DNA of 63,289 bases from Leptospirales bacterium (GCA_040326155.1 JBEQLE010000017.1:1-63289), one strand, 5' to 3'. Shown: positions 22,286 to 33,086, counted from the first letter of the stretch. The notes: a model not told the origin generated them from the sequence alone. Made by a program: numbers and translations.

Positions 22286-22759
22286 TTATAACCAGAGAGG
22301 TTTGTTTTTCGGGCCACGTATTGCAAGTTCGTTAGAGCCTTTTGTTATTTTTTGAACTAAAATCAAACTCATTTTATTTTTGTTAGCGCCCGGACGCTTT
22401 TTAGTCGAAAGTTTACCTTTTTGTTTTTCACTGGTTGTACCAACAACTGAAATTTCATCACCTTCTTGTAAAACCATATCGTTTGATGAAAGATACTGTT
22501 CAGGGGCCAATACAGCTCTATAAACTTTTCCATTCGATTTTATAATGACCGAAACCATCACGTTGTTGTTTTTCTTGGAAGTTCGTTTGTTTACTTTAGA
22601 AACAGTGCCTGAAACATTCACTACTTTGCCGATCTTGTTATGCCTCTTGTTGTTTTTGGTTTTCTTTGAACCACCGAGGGTTGCTGCGCCTGCACCGGCT
22701 ATAAGAAAGGCCAGAAAATAGATACCGCCTGATGTTAATCTTTTTTTGTTTGTTGTCAT
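22286..22759 (-). CDS. Exported OB-fold protein (MamS/MamX-domain-like)
   Basis: 'VSGTV', 'LAPEQYL....LQEGDEISVVG', 'IRGPKNKPLW' pattern. Confidence 0.55.
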   Translation of the reverse strand: MTTNKKRLTSGGIYFLAFLIAGAGAATLGGSKKTKNNKRHNKIGKVVNVSGTVSKVNKRTSKKNNNVMVSVIIKSNGKVYRAVLAPEQYLSSNDMVLQEGDEISVVGTTSEKQKGKLSTKKRPGANKNKMSLILVQKITKGSNELAIRGPKNKPLWL

Positions 22760-22921
22760 GTTTTCTCCTTGAGAATTTACTCGTAGTGTACGTTATACGA
22801 TAGAAATTTGTCCTGACAAGTAAAATATCTTGACAGTCTCAAAATAACATATACTCTGTAATCGTTGCAGGGGCTTGAATTCCTTCAATAATATAGACAG
22901 ATTTGAAGAGGCAATAAATCC

Positions 22922-24652
22922 ATGAAAAGTAAGAGTTGTTTTATAGTATTTCTTTGCATTCAGGTGTTCGTTCTTGTCGGATGTAAAAATTCGTTAAATA
23001 TTGTGTATAATGGTGGTGAGGTCACTCCAGAAGAGCTGATTCAATTCTGCGATACAATAAATGTGGCATATGACCCGGATAAAACTAAAATTGATATCAC
23101 CCGTTATTTTGCAAAACAGTTGGTGGCAAATCGAATTCTAAGCGAAAAGATGAGAGTCGAGCTGGCCTCTAATCGTGAAGATCTCTCTTATTATGAACAA
23201 CTTGCAAAATGGAGAGCTGCAATACAGTATATTGAAAAAGTTGATTTTTTGAAAATTTCAGAAGAGAAGAAAAAAGTGTATAAGCTGAAAGTTTTGACGC
23301 TTAATTTTACAAAAACGGTCTCCTCTGAGCGAGAAGACGGAGTACATGATAAAAGAGCTCTTACCTCCGAAGAGCTTGTACAAAAAAAAGAGATCTTAGC
23401 GTCCATTTTAACGTCGGCCGGTTCGGAACTTTTTGAGAAAGACAAAGGTGATCTTATTGAAGTTGTGGGAAGAATACGGGCAAAAATACGCCAGTCAGAA
23501 AAAGCGGGCAAGGGACCGGGCAGCCTCGAAAGTGAAATTAGAGTCGTCGATCAATATATTTTGCAGGGTAGTGCAACCGGCGGCGCTCGAAAAGCGAATA
23601 TTATTCACGAGTTATTGAAACAAAACAAGGACTATTTTCCGGCAAGAGTGAATAAGGCAGATTTGAATATATATGCAGGTTTTGACCTGTCGCAAGAACC
23701 TCAAAGGTACTCTAAAACTCCGACAACCAATACTGTTTTGGTGATACAAAAAACCGAAAATTCAGAGTGGTATAGAGTTGTCCAACGACAAGACTTCATC
23801 AAAGAAGATTCTAGCACAGATGGCACATTAAAGGATAATGCGGACTCTGTAAAGAATGCAAAACCGAAATATATTTTGGCAAAAGATGTGGAACTGTTAA
23901 AAAGAGGCGATGAGTTTTCCAATTTTATTGTGAATAAAAATACTTTTACCATTGTGCAGTATGAAGATGAGTTGCAGGTTGATCGGGAAAAATATGTTAA
24001 ACTTGTGAGTAAACTTCAGCCTTCGACAAATGATGCCATCGATCAATGGAGCCGTTTCAGCACAAAACAATTTAAAAAACAACAATCTACTCTTCTTCAA
24101 AAAAGGTTTGGTAAGAATTTTCGGAAAATTCGTCTTGCCTCTGGGTGGGAGAAAAAAGAGTACCTGGTTCAAAATAAAAAAATGAAGATTTCAACGAAAG
24201 ATTTTATGGACCATTTAGCGTCTCCTGAATTTGGACCTGAAATTAACAATGGCAAAATTGACATCCGAAAGATGGATAAGAAAAAAATTCAAAAATCGTT
24301 TCGTCAATACCTGAAAATGCAAGCGTATTTTGTTTTACTGAAAGACCGGGAACTGCTGGAAAACACAGAGTACCAACAACGGTCGAAGTTGACCTTGATG
24401 AAACTTCTTGCCCACTTGTACCGCAAGAAACATTGGCGTAGCGGTTTAACTGTATCGGATGTCGAGTTATCTGAAGCCCGAACGATGATTGAAAAAAGCA
24501 GAGCTTTTAAAAAATCAAAAAAACGAAACAAGTCTGAAATTACCGACAATGATATAAGACAGAGGTTGCTGGTCGAAAAGTGGAAAGACAATGTGAATAA
24601 ACAGACAGAAATTCTATTAAAAAAGAACCAGTTTCGTGTCATTGTTAACTGA
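22922..24652 (+). CDS. Hypothetical lipoprotein
   Basis: 576-aa ORF, lipobox 'LVGC'. Confidence 0.6.
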   Translation: MKSKSCFIVFLCIQVFVLVGCKNSLNIVYNGGEVTPEELIQFCDTINVAYDPDKTKIDITRYFAKQLVANRILSEKMRVELASNREDLSYYEQLAKWRAAIQYIEKVDFLKISEEKKKVYKLKVLTLNFTKTVSSEREDGVHDKRALTSEELVQKKEILASILTSAGSELFEKDKGDLIEVVGRIRAKIRQSEKAGKGPGSLESEIRVVDQYILQGSATGGARKANIIHELLKQNKDYFPARVNKADLNIYAGFDLSQEPQRYSKTPTTNTVLVIQKTENSEWYRVVQRQDFIKEDSSTDGTLKDNADSVKNAKPKYILAKDVELLKRGDEFSNFIVNKNTFTIVQYEDELQVDREKYVKLVSKLQPSTNDAIDQWSRFSTKQFKKQQSTLLQKRFGKNFRKIRLASGWEKKEYLVQNKKMKISTKDFMDHLASPEFGPEINNGKIDIRKMDKKKIQKSFRQYLKMQAYFVLLKDRELLENTEYQQRSKLTLMKLLAHLYRKKHWRSGLTVSDVELSEARTMIEKSRAFKKSKKRNKSEITDNDIRQRLLVEKWKDNVNKQTEILLKKNQFRVIVN

Positions 24653-24679
24653 TCTTGCTGACAACTAAACGAGCTTGTT

Positions 24680-26884
24680 ATGACTTCAACATATAAAGAA
24701 ATATTTAAAAAAGTAAACCACCTGTTGTGGGGACCGACCGCATATATTATTGTTCTGTCTTACCTGGAAGCGTCCATGCACCGTTTTACGGATGCGCAGC
24801 TTGAAAACCTGTGGCCTATCACCACATTTTCAATACTGTTGTATCTTTATTATTTTGTGTTTTTGTTACCCGTCTTTGTGGTTTCAGCGGTTTTATATCT
24901 ACGTTATCGAGAACGGGTGGGAACTTTTTTATCGGCCCGTTTCCGAAAGAAAAAGGATAATTTGTCTCGTTTCAAGAGACTCTTGTCAGGCACGCTTGAG
25001 TTCATAAAAAAACGACTGGTTATGTCTTCGGTTTTTATTGTTTTTGCCTGCTATCTGTTTATCAGCGAAAAAGCGAACGTATCGCCAGATGGCGTGGCCA
25101 GACTAACGATGTTTTCTGCCGCTCTGGTCTACTTTATTTTATCGCGGCCTATTGTCTTTGGTGTTGTGACTTCTGTCATCTGGGCCGTTTTTTTGGTCTC
25201 CGGTTTTATGCACTACTCCTATTACTGGACATCCACAGGAACAGCTGACGGAAAAAGCCCCAATATTTTACTGATCGTTTCGGATACTACTCGAAGAGAC
25301 CATATGAGCTTTTACGGGTATGAACGCGATACGACACGCAATATGAAAAAACTGGCCGATTCGGGTACGGTATTTAACGATGCGCACTCCACATCGAGTT
25401 GGACCAAACCGGCCACTGCGTCTCTGGTGACATCGAAGCATCTGACTTCAGATCCGGTTCATCATGGAGCTCCTTCAATAGGTTACCAGGGAACTCATAT
25501 GGCCGAATTTTTTCGCGCCCGGGGTTACGATACAGCCATGATTTCGGCAAATTCAAACGCCAGCTCGTTTTATGGAACTGCAAAAGGGTACAAGTACCGC
25601 GTTCACTCCCTGGCGCCTGAGCACTCTGCTTTGCAAAAATTCACCATCATCCGGTTTTACCAACGCTACTTTGAGGCCAAAACTTCACTCAACCTGAAAA
25701 ATCAACAGCAGGCTCTGGGGGACTATTTAACCTTTCTGGGTATAACTCCCGAAGAGGTAGACGGATTTTTAAAAGGTACTGTTGAGCCAAAAGTGGATAT
25801 TTCCGAAAAGGAGAAAGAGCGTTATCGTAAATTTATTGAAAAGTATATAAATAATAAAGCCGCAGCCGACCTTTTGAAAATGCCATACATTAATAAAAAG
25901 CAAGATACTCAACTATTTGGTTATTTAAAAGCTGCGTATACATTTACAATGGAGTTTTTCTACCTCAATCTTGAAAATGCAGATGGTAACATTGTGGATT
26001 ACTGGATTCAAGATCATCAGGCCATCGATTTAACCACCGGCTGGTTGCAAGATAAAAGAGAAAAAGACCGTCCGTTTTTTATCCATCTACAGATGATGGG
26101 GCCGCACACTCCGTATGTAACCCAGTTGCCCGACTTGTTACCGCATTTTGATCCTGATTATGGTTCGCCTACGTTGTCTCCCTCGACGCAGCATACTCCG
26201 CCGTCGATACCCGCTCCCGCTATGCCCGCTCGTAAACTGCAAAACATGATAGCCAGCTATGACGACTCTCTTCGAAATACCGATGCAAATTTGCAGAGAT
26301 TAATTGAACACCTGGAAAAAAGCGGAGAGATCAACAATACTCTGATCGTATTTATCGCCGATCACGGGGAGTCTTTTTATGAGCATAATATTTACGGGCA
26401 CATGAATTCACTACATTCTGAGCTTGTGGATATACCCATGTTTTTTTACTGGAAAAATAAACTTCCCACCCGACGAGTTGACACGATGGTATCTATTGTA
26501 GATGTTTTTCCCTCTCTCGTTATGCTTTCGGGGTATGGAGACTACCTGAGAGATCTTTCGCTGGTCGGTTACCCGCTATTTACCTTTGACAAAACTCTAA
26601 ACCCCGATATACCCGTTGGTCGAAGTTTACCTATGGCAACACTTGTCGGCAGCGCTTGGAAGATGAAAAGAACAACACCTATGCCATTTGGAATTCACAC
26701 AGCGGTTGTCAATCAGTATGGCAAAATAATTCGAGAAATGGAGGAGGTCGGCACCAGGTTGTTGTATTTTCCGCCAAAAGACAGGGTGGAACAGCGCATT
26801 GTCCTTCAACCAGATACGATCTCTTTTAGTCCGATGTTGCAAGAGTTGTTGCAATTCTTACCGACTGGTCCCGTGTTTAACTGA
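24680..26884 (+). CDS. Membrane-anchored sulfatase-like hydrolase/transferase (alkaline phosphatase superfamily)
   Basis: N-terminal TM helices; 'PNILLIVSDTTRRDH', 'SWTKPA', 'PHTPY', 'ADHGE'; Thr rather than Cys/Ser at the nucleophile position. Confidence 0.85.
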   Translation: MTSTYKEIFKKVNHLLWGPTAYIIVLSYLEASMHRFTDAQLENLWPITTFSILLYLYYFVFLLPVFVVSAVLYLRYRERVGTFLSARFRKKKDNLSRFKRLLSGTLEFIKKRLVMSSVFIVFACYLFISEKANVSPDGVARLTMFSAALVYFILSRPIVFGVVTSVIWAVFLVSGFMHYSYYWTSTGTADGKSPNILLIVSDTTRRDHMSFYGYERDTTRNMKKLADSGTVFNDAHSTSSWTKPATASLVTSKHLTSDPVHHGAPSIGYQGTHMAEFFRARGYDTAMISANSNASSFYGTAKGYKYRVHSLAPEHSALQKFTIIRFYQRYFEAKTSLNLKNQQQALGDYLTFLGITPEEVDGFLKGTVEPKVDISEKEKERYRKFIEKYINNKAAADLLKMPYINKKQDTQLFGYLKAAYTFTMEFFYLNLENADGNIVDYWIQDHQAIDLTTGWLQDKREKDRPFFIHLQMMGPHTPYVTQLPDLLPHFDPDYGSPTLSPSTQHTPPSIPAPAMPARKLQNMIASYDDSLRNTDANLQRLIEHLEKSGEINNTLIVFIADHGESFYEHNIYGHMNSLHSELVDIPMFFYWKNKLPTRRVDTMVSIVDVFPSLVMLSGYGDYLRDLSLVGYPLFTFDKTLNPDIPVGRSLPMATLVGSAWKMKRTTPMPFGIHTAVVNQYGKIIREMEEVGTRLLYFPPKDRVEQRIVLQPDTISFSPMLQELLQFLPTGPVFN

Positions 26885-27131
26885 GGTCGGCGCGTTAAAT
26901 CTGTTTTACACCTTTTTTTAAATTGAAGTACTTACAGAAAAAAGTAAATCATGAAAACCTTTCTTATTTTTTTTTGCAATACTGCATAACGCGCATACGT
27001 TAAAGTTACAAAATCAATAAAATCATTGACGTCATCACGCCATATGGTATTCTATCTTTCCAAACTATCGCACAACGCTATGTAAATTTAAAAAATAAAA
27101 AAGTTAGTAAAACCTGACCAGGGAGAGAGAA

Positions 27132-29783
27132 ATGACAAACAAAAAACACATTTTCAACAAGAGTATATTTTCATTATTTTTAGTGGCTATATTCTTTATG
27201 GGTTGCAAAGCATCAGTTACGATCAACGAATCAACGAATTCGGATGCAGATGATGTTGCCACCGATAAATCGTCTTTATCTATTACTTACGGAGGCGCTG
27301 ATACCGCCTCAAGCGTAACACAAGATGTCGGCTTAGACACAAGCGGCGCAAACGCCACAACCATTACATGGGTGTCGAGTGACACCGCAGTTATTCAAAT
27401 CGATGGAATCGTCATCCGGGCGGCCGGACCCGGAGATACCGCGATTACATTGACCGCGACCATATCTAAAGGAAGTCAGTCAGCCATCAAAATATTCAAT
27501 GTTACTGTAATCCAAGTTCCGGCAACTGACGACCTGTCTATTGTTGACGATGTTGCCGCACTGGTGATTCAGTACGGCGCGGGCGATAACATAAACAGTG
27601 TAACGCAAGATGTTGGCTTATCAGTGGCCGGTTCCAGCGGAACCACAATTTCATGGTCTTCGAATAACGCCGCAATTGCTACTAACGGAACGGTAACCCG
27701 GCCTGTTTTTGGCTCGGGCGACGCTGTAGTTCACCTGATCGCGACCGTCTCCAAAGGCGGCGGCGCGCCCGTACCCGTAGCATTTGATCTGACAGTTATA
27801 GAAACCCCACAGACAAACGCAGAGGCTGTAGCCGCCGATAAAGCGGCGCTGGTCATTACCTATGGCGGAGCCGACTCGGCCGGTAGCGTAACGCTAGGTG
27901 TGGGCCTGTCAACTTCCGGCACAGCTGGTAGCGGGATTAGCTGGGCCTCCACGAACAACGGCGTTATCGCAACAAACGGTACGGTAAACCGACCGGTTTT
28001 TGGCTCGGGCGACGCTGTCGTAACACTCACAGCTACGATTACTAAAGGCGGGACCAGCGATACACAAGCATTTGTGTTAACCGTAATTGAAGTACCGGCG
28101 ACTGACGCAGAGGCCGCAGCAGCCGACAAAGCATGGGTTGACATTGCCTACTCCGGGGCAGACACAGCCGCTAGCGTTTTGCTCGACGTTGGCTTTCCCA
28201 CACTTGGACCAAACAATTCCATTATCAGCTGGGCATCTGACGACGTAGCTATAAACGACATAACTGGAGTGGTAACCAGACCGGCTTTTGCATCAGGAAA
28301 TTCCACCGTTACCTTGACGGCTACGATTGATAAAAACGGAACCATAGTTACGAAAGTAATCATTTTAACGGTTATAAAGCTTCCTGCGACCGATACAGAT
28401 GCGGTAATAATCGACGCAGCAGCGCTAACCATAACATATACCGGCACCGATTCGGCAGCCAGCGTAACGCTTGATGTTGGACTGGATATAGCTGGACCAA
28501 ACACAACCACAATCAGCTGGGCATCTGACGACGCAGCCATCGCAACCGATGGAACAGTAACCAGACCTGCGACAGGCTCGGGCAATGTAGTAGTTCATCT
28601 GATCGCAACGGTCTCCAAAGGCGGCGCTACACCCATTGACGTACCATTCGATTTGACCGTTTTTGAAGTGTTACCTTGTGCTGGCGCAGGAGTCCCTCCA
28701 GATCATTACATTCAGGTAACGGTAAATAGCGCAGGCGCAGCAACGGACCTTTGGGCTGTCAGTACAAAGTATGAATCGACCGTACCTGCCGATACTTGCG
28801 AAAGAGTGCAGTTAACCACCGCCGACGGCGGGGTAACATACACCGGTAACTTGCCCGTATATGACGCAAATACACGAGATGTAATTATCTTTGATGACAC
28901 AGTAATTTTACCTCACCCGACCGGGGGAACGAGTGTCGGGGGAACCACAACCTATAGCTCAGCTGAAATGGTACCCACCGATGACTACTTTTCACCCTGC
29001 CAGGGATCGCAGTATTTTGACCCTGCAGCGTATACTACCTCTTACGTCGCTGCTTATAACAACGGAAACCCGGTTGTTGATAAGGCTTTAGCGGGAACGA
29101 CTATGGGTACGACCGAGAAATTCATATTGTCCACAGCGGTAGGCGGCGGTCCTCTGGCTGTTACCTATGGAAGCTTTGCTGCCGCCGGTAATGGCAGCGC
29201 ATACTGTGATTGTTTACAACCGGTAAAGTCAGCGAAAGCATTAACGACATATACAAATCTTTGGGCTTCTTCGCTTTCCTACTACGGCACACCCACAGCA
29301 TTGACTGCCTGGTATTCATACCAGCTGACAGATTGGCACTATCAGTTTATGACAGCCAGTACCAGCCAATTTGTATACAACGGTTTCACATGGACAACGG
29401 TACCTACAGGCACTGGTACGTCCAGTTATTACTGGACGACCACACCGTATACCTACACGTATACATACACTAACAATCCGGTAACGTGGAACGGCGCAAA
29501 TACGTATAGAGCATCGGGGTCTTATGGTTACGGTTATGGCACCGTGTTTGTGCCTTGGACGTCGTATTTCCCGGTAACCGGTTCAAGTACGCTGTATACG
29601 TCTTCGTGGTGGACTTCTGTGTATCCTTATACCACCAGTTATCCGACTACGTCTAAGTTGTATCGTTTCAAAGCCGACCTGGGAATAGATTTAAAAGTGA
29701 ACGTTCTCGGGCGATTTACAGATACAAATCTGAATGTTGCGTCGGTTTCGGGAAACCAAAAGTGCCCGGCCAGGTTTCAGTAA
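27132..29783 (+). CDS. Surface lipoprotein with five bacterial Ig-like repeats and a Tyr/Thr/Trp-rich C-terminal region
   Basis: Lipobox 'FMGC'; five ~95-aa repeats 'I.Y...D.A.SVT.DVGL...ISW.S....I...G.VTRP......V.L.AT..K'. Confidence 0.85.
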   Translation: MTNKKHIFNKSIFSLFLVAIFFMGCKASVTINESTNSDADDVATDKSSLSITYGGADTASSVTQDVGLDTSGANATTITWVSSDTAVIQIDGIVIRAAGPGDTAITLTATISKGSQSAIKIFNVTVIQVPATDDLSIVDDVAALVIQYGAGDNINSVTQDVGLSVAGSSGTTISWSSNNAAIATNGTVTRPVFGSGDAVVHLIATVSKGGGAPVPVAFDLTVIETPQTNAEAVAADKAALVITYGGADSAGSVTLGVGLSTSGTAGSGISWASTNNGVIATNGTVNRPVFGSGDAVVTLTATITKGGTSDTQAFVLTVIEVPATDAEAAAADKAWVDIAYSGADTAASVLLDVGFPTLGPNNSIISWASDDVAINDITGVVTRPAFASGNSTVTLTATIDKNGTIVTKVIILTVIKLPATDTDAVIIDAAALTITYTGTDSAASVTLDVGLDIAGPNTTTISWASDDAAIATDGTVTRPATGSGNVVVHLIATVSKGGATPIDVPFDLTVFEVLPCAGAGVPPDHYIQVTVNSAGAATDLWAVSTKYESTVPADTCERVQLTTADGGVTYTGNLPVYDANTRDVIIFDDTVILPHPTGGTSVGGTTTYSSAEMVPTDDYFSPCQGSQYFDPAAYTTSYVAAYNNGNPVVDKALAGTTMGTTEKFILSTAVGGGPLAVTYGSFAAAGNGSAYCDCLQPVKSAKALTTYTNLWASSLSYYGTPTALTAWYSYQLTDWHYQFMTASTSQFVYNGFTWTTVPTGTGTSSYYWTTTPYTYTYTYTNNPVTWNGANTYRASGSYGYGYGTVFVPWTSYFPVTGSSTLYTSSWWTSVYPYTTSYPTTSKLYRFKADLGIDLKVNVLGRFTDTNLNVASVSGNQKCPARFQ

Positions 29784-29813
29784 AACCGAAAAATTTAAAA
29801 TATTTTTTTTTAA

Positions 29814-29855
29814 AAACTCGGGCGGAGAAAAAAGGTAAATTCTCCGCCTGAGTTT
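29814..29855 (+). terminator. Terminator-like hairpin
   Basis: AAACTCGGGCGGAGAA..TTCTCCGCCTGAGTTT about 30 bp after the stop. Confidence 0.65.
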
Positions 29856-30102
29856 ATCGATTTATACAATCATTCCTGAGAGTAGTCCGGTTGCATTTCG
29901 CAGAACAAACTGATTGGCTATTTTTTTCCGTTAGCCAAAAAGCTTTACCCCGCATAAATACACGAGACTTCACCTGCCTGATTCTTTATTATGTTGCACG
30001 GTTGCGCCGAAAATGGTTGACACCGGGTAAAACATTTTAAAAGTTCCTTAAATTGCAGCAACTCCCGTGCGTCTTTGGCGAAACAGGAAATGTAGCAACC
30101 CT

Positions 30103-30187
30103 GGAGGAGTGGCTGAGTGGCCGAAAGCGGCGGTCTTGAAAACCGTTGACTCGAGAGGGTCCGTGGGTTCGAATCCTACCTCCTCCG
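30103..30187 (+). tRNA. tRNA-Ser(TGA)
   Basis: Cloverleaf, long variable arm, anticodon loop CTTGAAA, GTTCGAATC. Confidence 0.95.
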
Positions 30188-30238
30188 AAGTACTTTATTG
30201 GCGGCAAATGTGTAAAAGCCTTTGTTGGCAGTTAAAAT

Positions 30239-30325
30239 GGAGAGGTGCCTGAGAGGCCGAAAGGAACGGTTTGCTAAACCGTGGTCTGAGCAATTGGACC
30301 GAGGGTTCGAATCCCTCCCTCTCCG
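30239..30325 (+). tRNA. tRNA-Ser(GCT)
   Basis: Cloverleaf, long variable arm, anticodon loop TTGCTAA. Confidence 0.95.
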
Positions 30326-30363
30326 ATAGCTTTAGTCGCGGGTGCGGCTTAAGAAAATGAAAC

Positions 30364-30436
30364 GCCCACATAGCTCAGTCGGTAGAGCATTTCCATGGTA
30401 AGGAAAAGGTCACCAGTTCGACTCTGGTTGTGGGCT
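30364..30436 (+). tRNA. tRNA-Thr(GGT)
   Basis: GCCCACA/TGTGGGC acceptor stem, anticodon loop ATGGTAA. Confidence 0.95.
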
Positions 30437-30445
30437 CAAAAAATT

Positions 30446-30516
30446 AGGGCGGTAGTTTAATGGTAGAACAGCGGTCTCCAAAACCTCTGGTGAGGGTTCA
30501 ATTCCTTCCCGCCCTG
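30446..30516 (+). tRNA. tRNA-Trp(CCA)
   Basis: AGGGCGG/CCGCCCT acceptor stem, loop CTCCAAA, canonical position before secE. Confidence 0.93.
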
Positions 30517-30536
30517 AATTTTTTAAAGGTTGAAAT

Positions 30537-30719
30537 ATGACAAGGATATTACGGTTTTTAAGAGAAGCTCGAACAGAATTAAAAAAGGTGAGCTGGCCTT
30601 CAACGGAAGACGTTAGTCGTTCTACCGTTGTTGTTGTCATCACTGTCATCTTTTTTACATTCTTTGTTTACTTTGCTGATAAAGTTATCAACTTTATATT
30701 GCAAAAGGTTCTGGGCTAA
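30537..30719 (+). CDS. secE: Preprotein translocase subunit SecE
   Basis: 'ELKKVSWPS' plus one TM helix; lies before nusG. Confidence 0.95.
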   Translation: MTRILRFLREARTELKKVSWPSTEDVSRSTVVVVITVIFFTFFVYFADKVINFILQKVLG

Positions 30720-31264
30720 TGGCGATGCAGTGGTACGTTCTTCACACTCTCTCATCACATGAGAATAAAGTGAAGAAAATGATTGAGAATCAAAAGACGA
30801 AGTGGCCCGATGGCGCGAATGTCGGTCAGATTAAGATTCCTACCCTGGACATGGCGGAGCTACATAATGGTAAAAAGCGGATCGTGAAAAAGAAATTCAT
30901 GCCTGGGTATGTGTTTATTGAACTTGATCTTACCGACGAGCTTCTGAGGCGCGTTCGAAATATCGCCGGCATTATGGGCTTTGTCGGTACCGAAACCACA
31001 CCACAGGTTTTAACGGAAGAAGAGATGCAAAGCTTGTTTGCAGAAATGGGTGAAGCGGTCAGCAATGCCCCCGAAGAGCGTGTTGCTCCGAAAATTCTCT
31101 TTTCAGAAGGTGAAACTGTTAAAATTATCGATGGGCCTTTTGCTAACTTTCAAGGCGTTATTGATGATGTGAATGCCGAGAAAGGGAAAGTAAGGGTCCG
31201 CGTTGAAATTTTTGGACGCTCGACTCCTGTAGAACTTGACTATTTACAGGTTGGTAAGCTTTAA
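30719..31264 (+). CDS. nusG: Transcription termination/antitermination factor NusG
   Basis: 'WYVLHT', 'PGYVFI', KOW motif 'GPFANFQG', 'IFGRSTPVEL'. Confidence 0.97.
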   Translation: MAMQWYVLHTLSSHENKVKKMIENQKTKWPDGANVGQIKIPTLDMAELHNGKKRIVKKKFMPGYVFIELDLTDELLRRVRNIAGIMGFVGTETTPQVLTEEEMQSLFAEMGEAVSNAPEERVAPKILFSEGETVKIIDGPFANFQGVIDDVNAEKGKVRVRVEIFGRSTPVELDYLQVGKL

Positions 31265-31359
31265 AACGATTAAGGCAAAAAGAAGTTGCCGGGGTATCTA
31301 CAATTTAAGATACGGTAATCTACTCAGTAAGGGAAATACTACAAGTAATAAATAATATT

Positions 31360-31785
31360 ATGGCTGCAAAAAAAATAATAACTCAAATTAAACTCCAAAT
31401 TCCCGCAGGGAAGGCGAATCCAGCCCCTCCTGTTGGTACGGCTTTAGGCCCGCATGGCTTGAACATTATGGAGTTTTGTAAAGCATTTAATGCAAAAACC
31501 CAATCTCAAGCTGGCAATATTATTCCAGCGGTGATTACGGTCTTTGCTGATCGTTCTTTTACATTTATAACAAAAGTCCCTCCGGTGAGTGACTTAATTA
31601 AAAAATCCATTAAATTGGAGAAAGGGTCCGCTCTTCCGCATAAGGAAAAAGTCGGAGAGTTGAGTCAAGAACAACTGGAAGCTATTGCAAAACAAAAAAT
31701 GCCAGACCTTAACGCTAACGATATTGAAGCGGCTAAGAAAATTGTCGCCGGTACAGCCAGGTCAATGGGCATCACAGTAGCTTAA
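31360..31785 (+). CDS. rplK: 50S ribosomal protein L11
   Basis: '[15 protein letters not shown]', 'GTARSMG'. Confidence 0.98.
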   Translation: MAAKKIITQIKLQIPAGKANPAPPVGTALGPHGLNIMEFCKAFNAKTQSQAGNIIPAVITVFADRSFTFITKVPPVSDLIKKSIKLEKGSALPHKEKVGELSQEQLEAIAKQKMPDLNANDIEAAKKIVAGTARSMGITVA

Positions 31786-31810
31786 AGAAGGAATCGGTAA
31801 GGTAATTAAC

Positions 31811-32497
31811 ATGGGGAAACACGGGAAACAATTCAAATCTGCGCAAGAGAAAATCGAGCCGGGTCAAGAGTATACGCTTGCTGAAGCGATAGATTTAATT
31901 CAATCGGTTAAATACACCAAGTTTGATTCTACAATCGAAGGTCATTTTAATATTAAATATAAAAGCATGCAGAATGTTCGCGGCAGTATGAACCTGCCTC
32001 ACGGTACCGGTAAAGTTGTAAAAATACTGGTTTTTGCTAAAGGTGATAAAGCCGAAGAAGCAAAAAAAGCCGGAGCCGATTACGTTGGCGATAGCGAATT
32101 GATTGAAAAAGTTAAGGGCGGTTGGGTCGATTTCGACTTTGTCGTTGCAACTCCGGACTTGATGAAAGATGTTGGTAAACTTGGACCCGTTTTAGGTAAA
32201 AAAGGTTTAATGCCAAAACCTAAGTCAGGAACCGTTACGAACGATGTTGCCGGCATTGTAACTCAGCTAAAAGCAGGTCGTGTGGAATACCGCGCCGATA
32301 AAACCGGTGTAGTTCATTTAGGCCTTGGAAAACTTTCCTTTGGTAAAGAGCAGTTGGTCGAAAATATTAGTTTAGCTTTTCAATCCATATTCAGAGATAA
32401 GCCTTCCGACGCGAAAGGTGATTATGTTGTTTCCGTCTATCTGGCTGGAACCATGACTCCTTCTGTTAAACTTAACATAAAGGAGTTACGTTCGTAA
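31811..32497 (+). CDS. rplA: 50S ribosomal protein L1
   Basis: 'LPHGTGK', 'LG.VLG.KGLMP.PKSGTVT'. Confidence 0.98.
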   Translation: MGKHGKQFKSAQEKIEPGQEYTLAEAIDLIQSVKYTKFDSTIEGHFNIKYKSMQNVRGSMNLPHGTGKVVKILVFAKGDKAEEAKKAGADYVGDSELIEKVKGGWVDFDFVVATPDLMKDVGKLGPVLGKKGLMPKPKSGTVTNDVAGIVTQLKAGRVEYRADKTGVVHLGLGKLSFGKEQLVENISLAFQSIFRDKPSDAKGDYVVSVYLAGTMTPSVKLNIKELRS

Positions 32498-32516
32498 CTG
32501 AACAAGGTACAACATT

Positions 32517-33041
32517 ATGCCGTCACAAAAAAAGATATCATTAAAAGAAGAGTATACGCAACTACTTCAAGAGAATTCCGACTTTATACTTACCCGTTAC
32601 TCAGGCCTGAATGTTAAAGAAATATCAGAATTGAGAAAACAGATTTTTGAAAAAGGGGCCAAGTATAGAGTTATTAAAAACAATATCTTCAAACTGGCAT
32701 TAGAAAGCCGGGATGATCTTAAAGATTTTCCGGTAGATGAAACCATGGAAGGGCCTTTTGGCGTCGCTTTAATTCAAAGCGATACACCTTCCGTTGCTAA
32801 AGTCTTACGAGATTTTGCAAAAGATAATGAACCGTTCTCGGTAGTTTCCGGGGTTATGGAATCTAACTACTATGATGAAGCAGGTATTAATGGTATCGCT
32901 TCGTTGCCAAGCAGGGAAGATTCTCTGGCGATGTTTGCTTCACAGCTTAATTCGCCGGCAACCAAGACTGCCGGTTTAATCAACCAAATTATGAGTTCGC
33001 TTGCGCGGGCAATTAAAGCGGTTGGCGAAAAGAACGGCTAA
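32517..33041 (+). CDS. rplJ: 50S ribosomal protein L10
   Basis: 'YSGLNV....LR', 'VIKN', 'ASLPSRE'; synteny. Confidence 0.95.
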   Translation: MPSQKKISLKEEYTQLLQENSDFILTRYSGLNVKEISELRKQIFEKGAKYRVIKNNIFKLALESRDDLKDFPVDETMEGPFGVALIQSDTPSVAKVLRDFAKDNEPFSVVSGVMESNYYDEAGINGIASLPSREDSLAMFASQLNSPATKTAGLINQIMSSLARAIKAVGEKNG

Positions 33042-33086
33042 CACCGTAATAAGATATAACAAAATTAAAAATAGGCGAGGGTAAAA

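Noticed and set aside
22286..22759. Magnetosome gene
   Set aside because: The OB-fold family is widespread and no other mam genes are present.
30067..30649. ORFs 30067-30252 and 30410-30649 (likewise 47576-47869 and 47792-48103)
   Set aside because: They overlap tRNA genes, secE or repeats; spurious.
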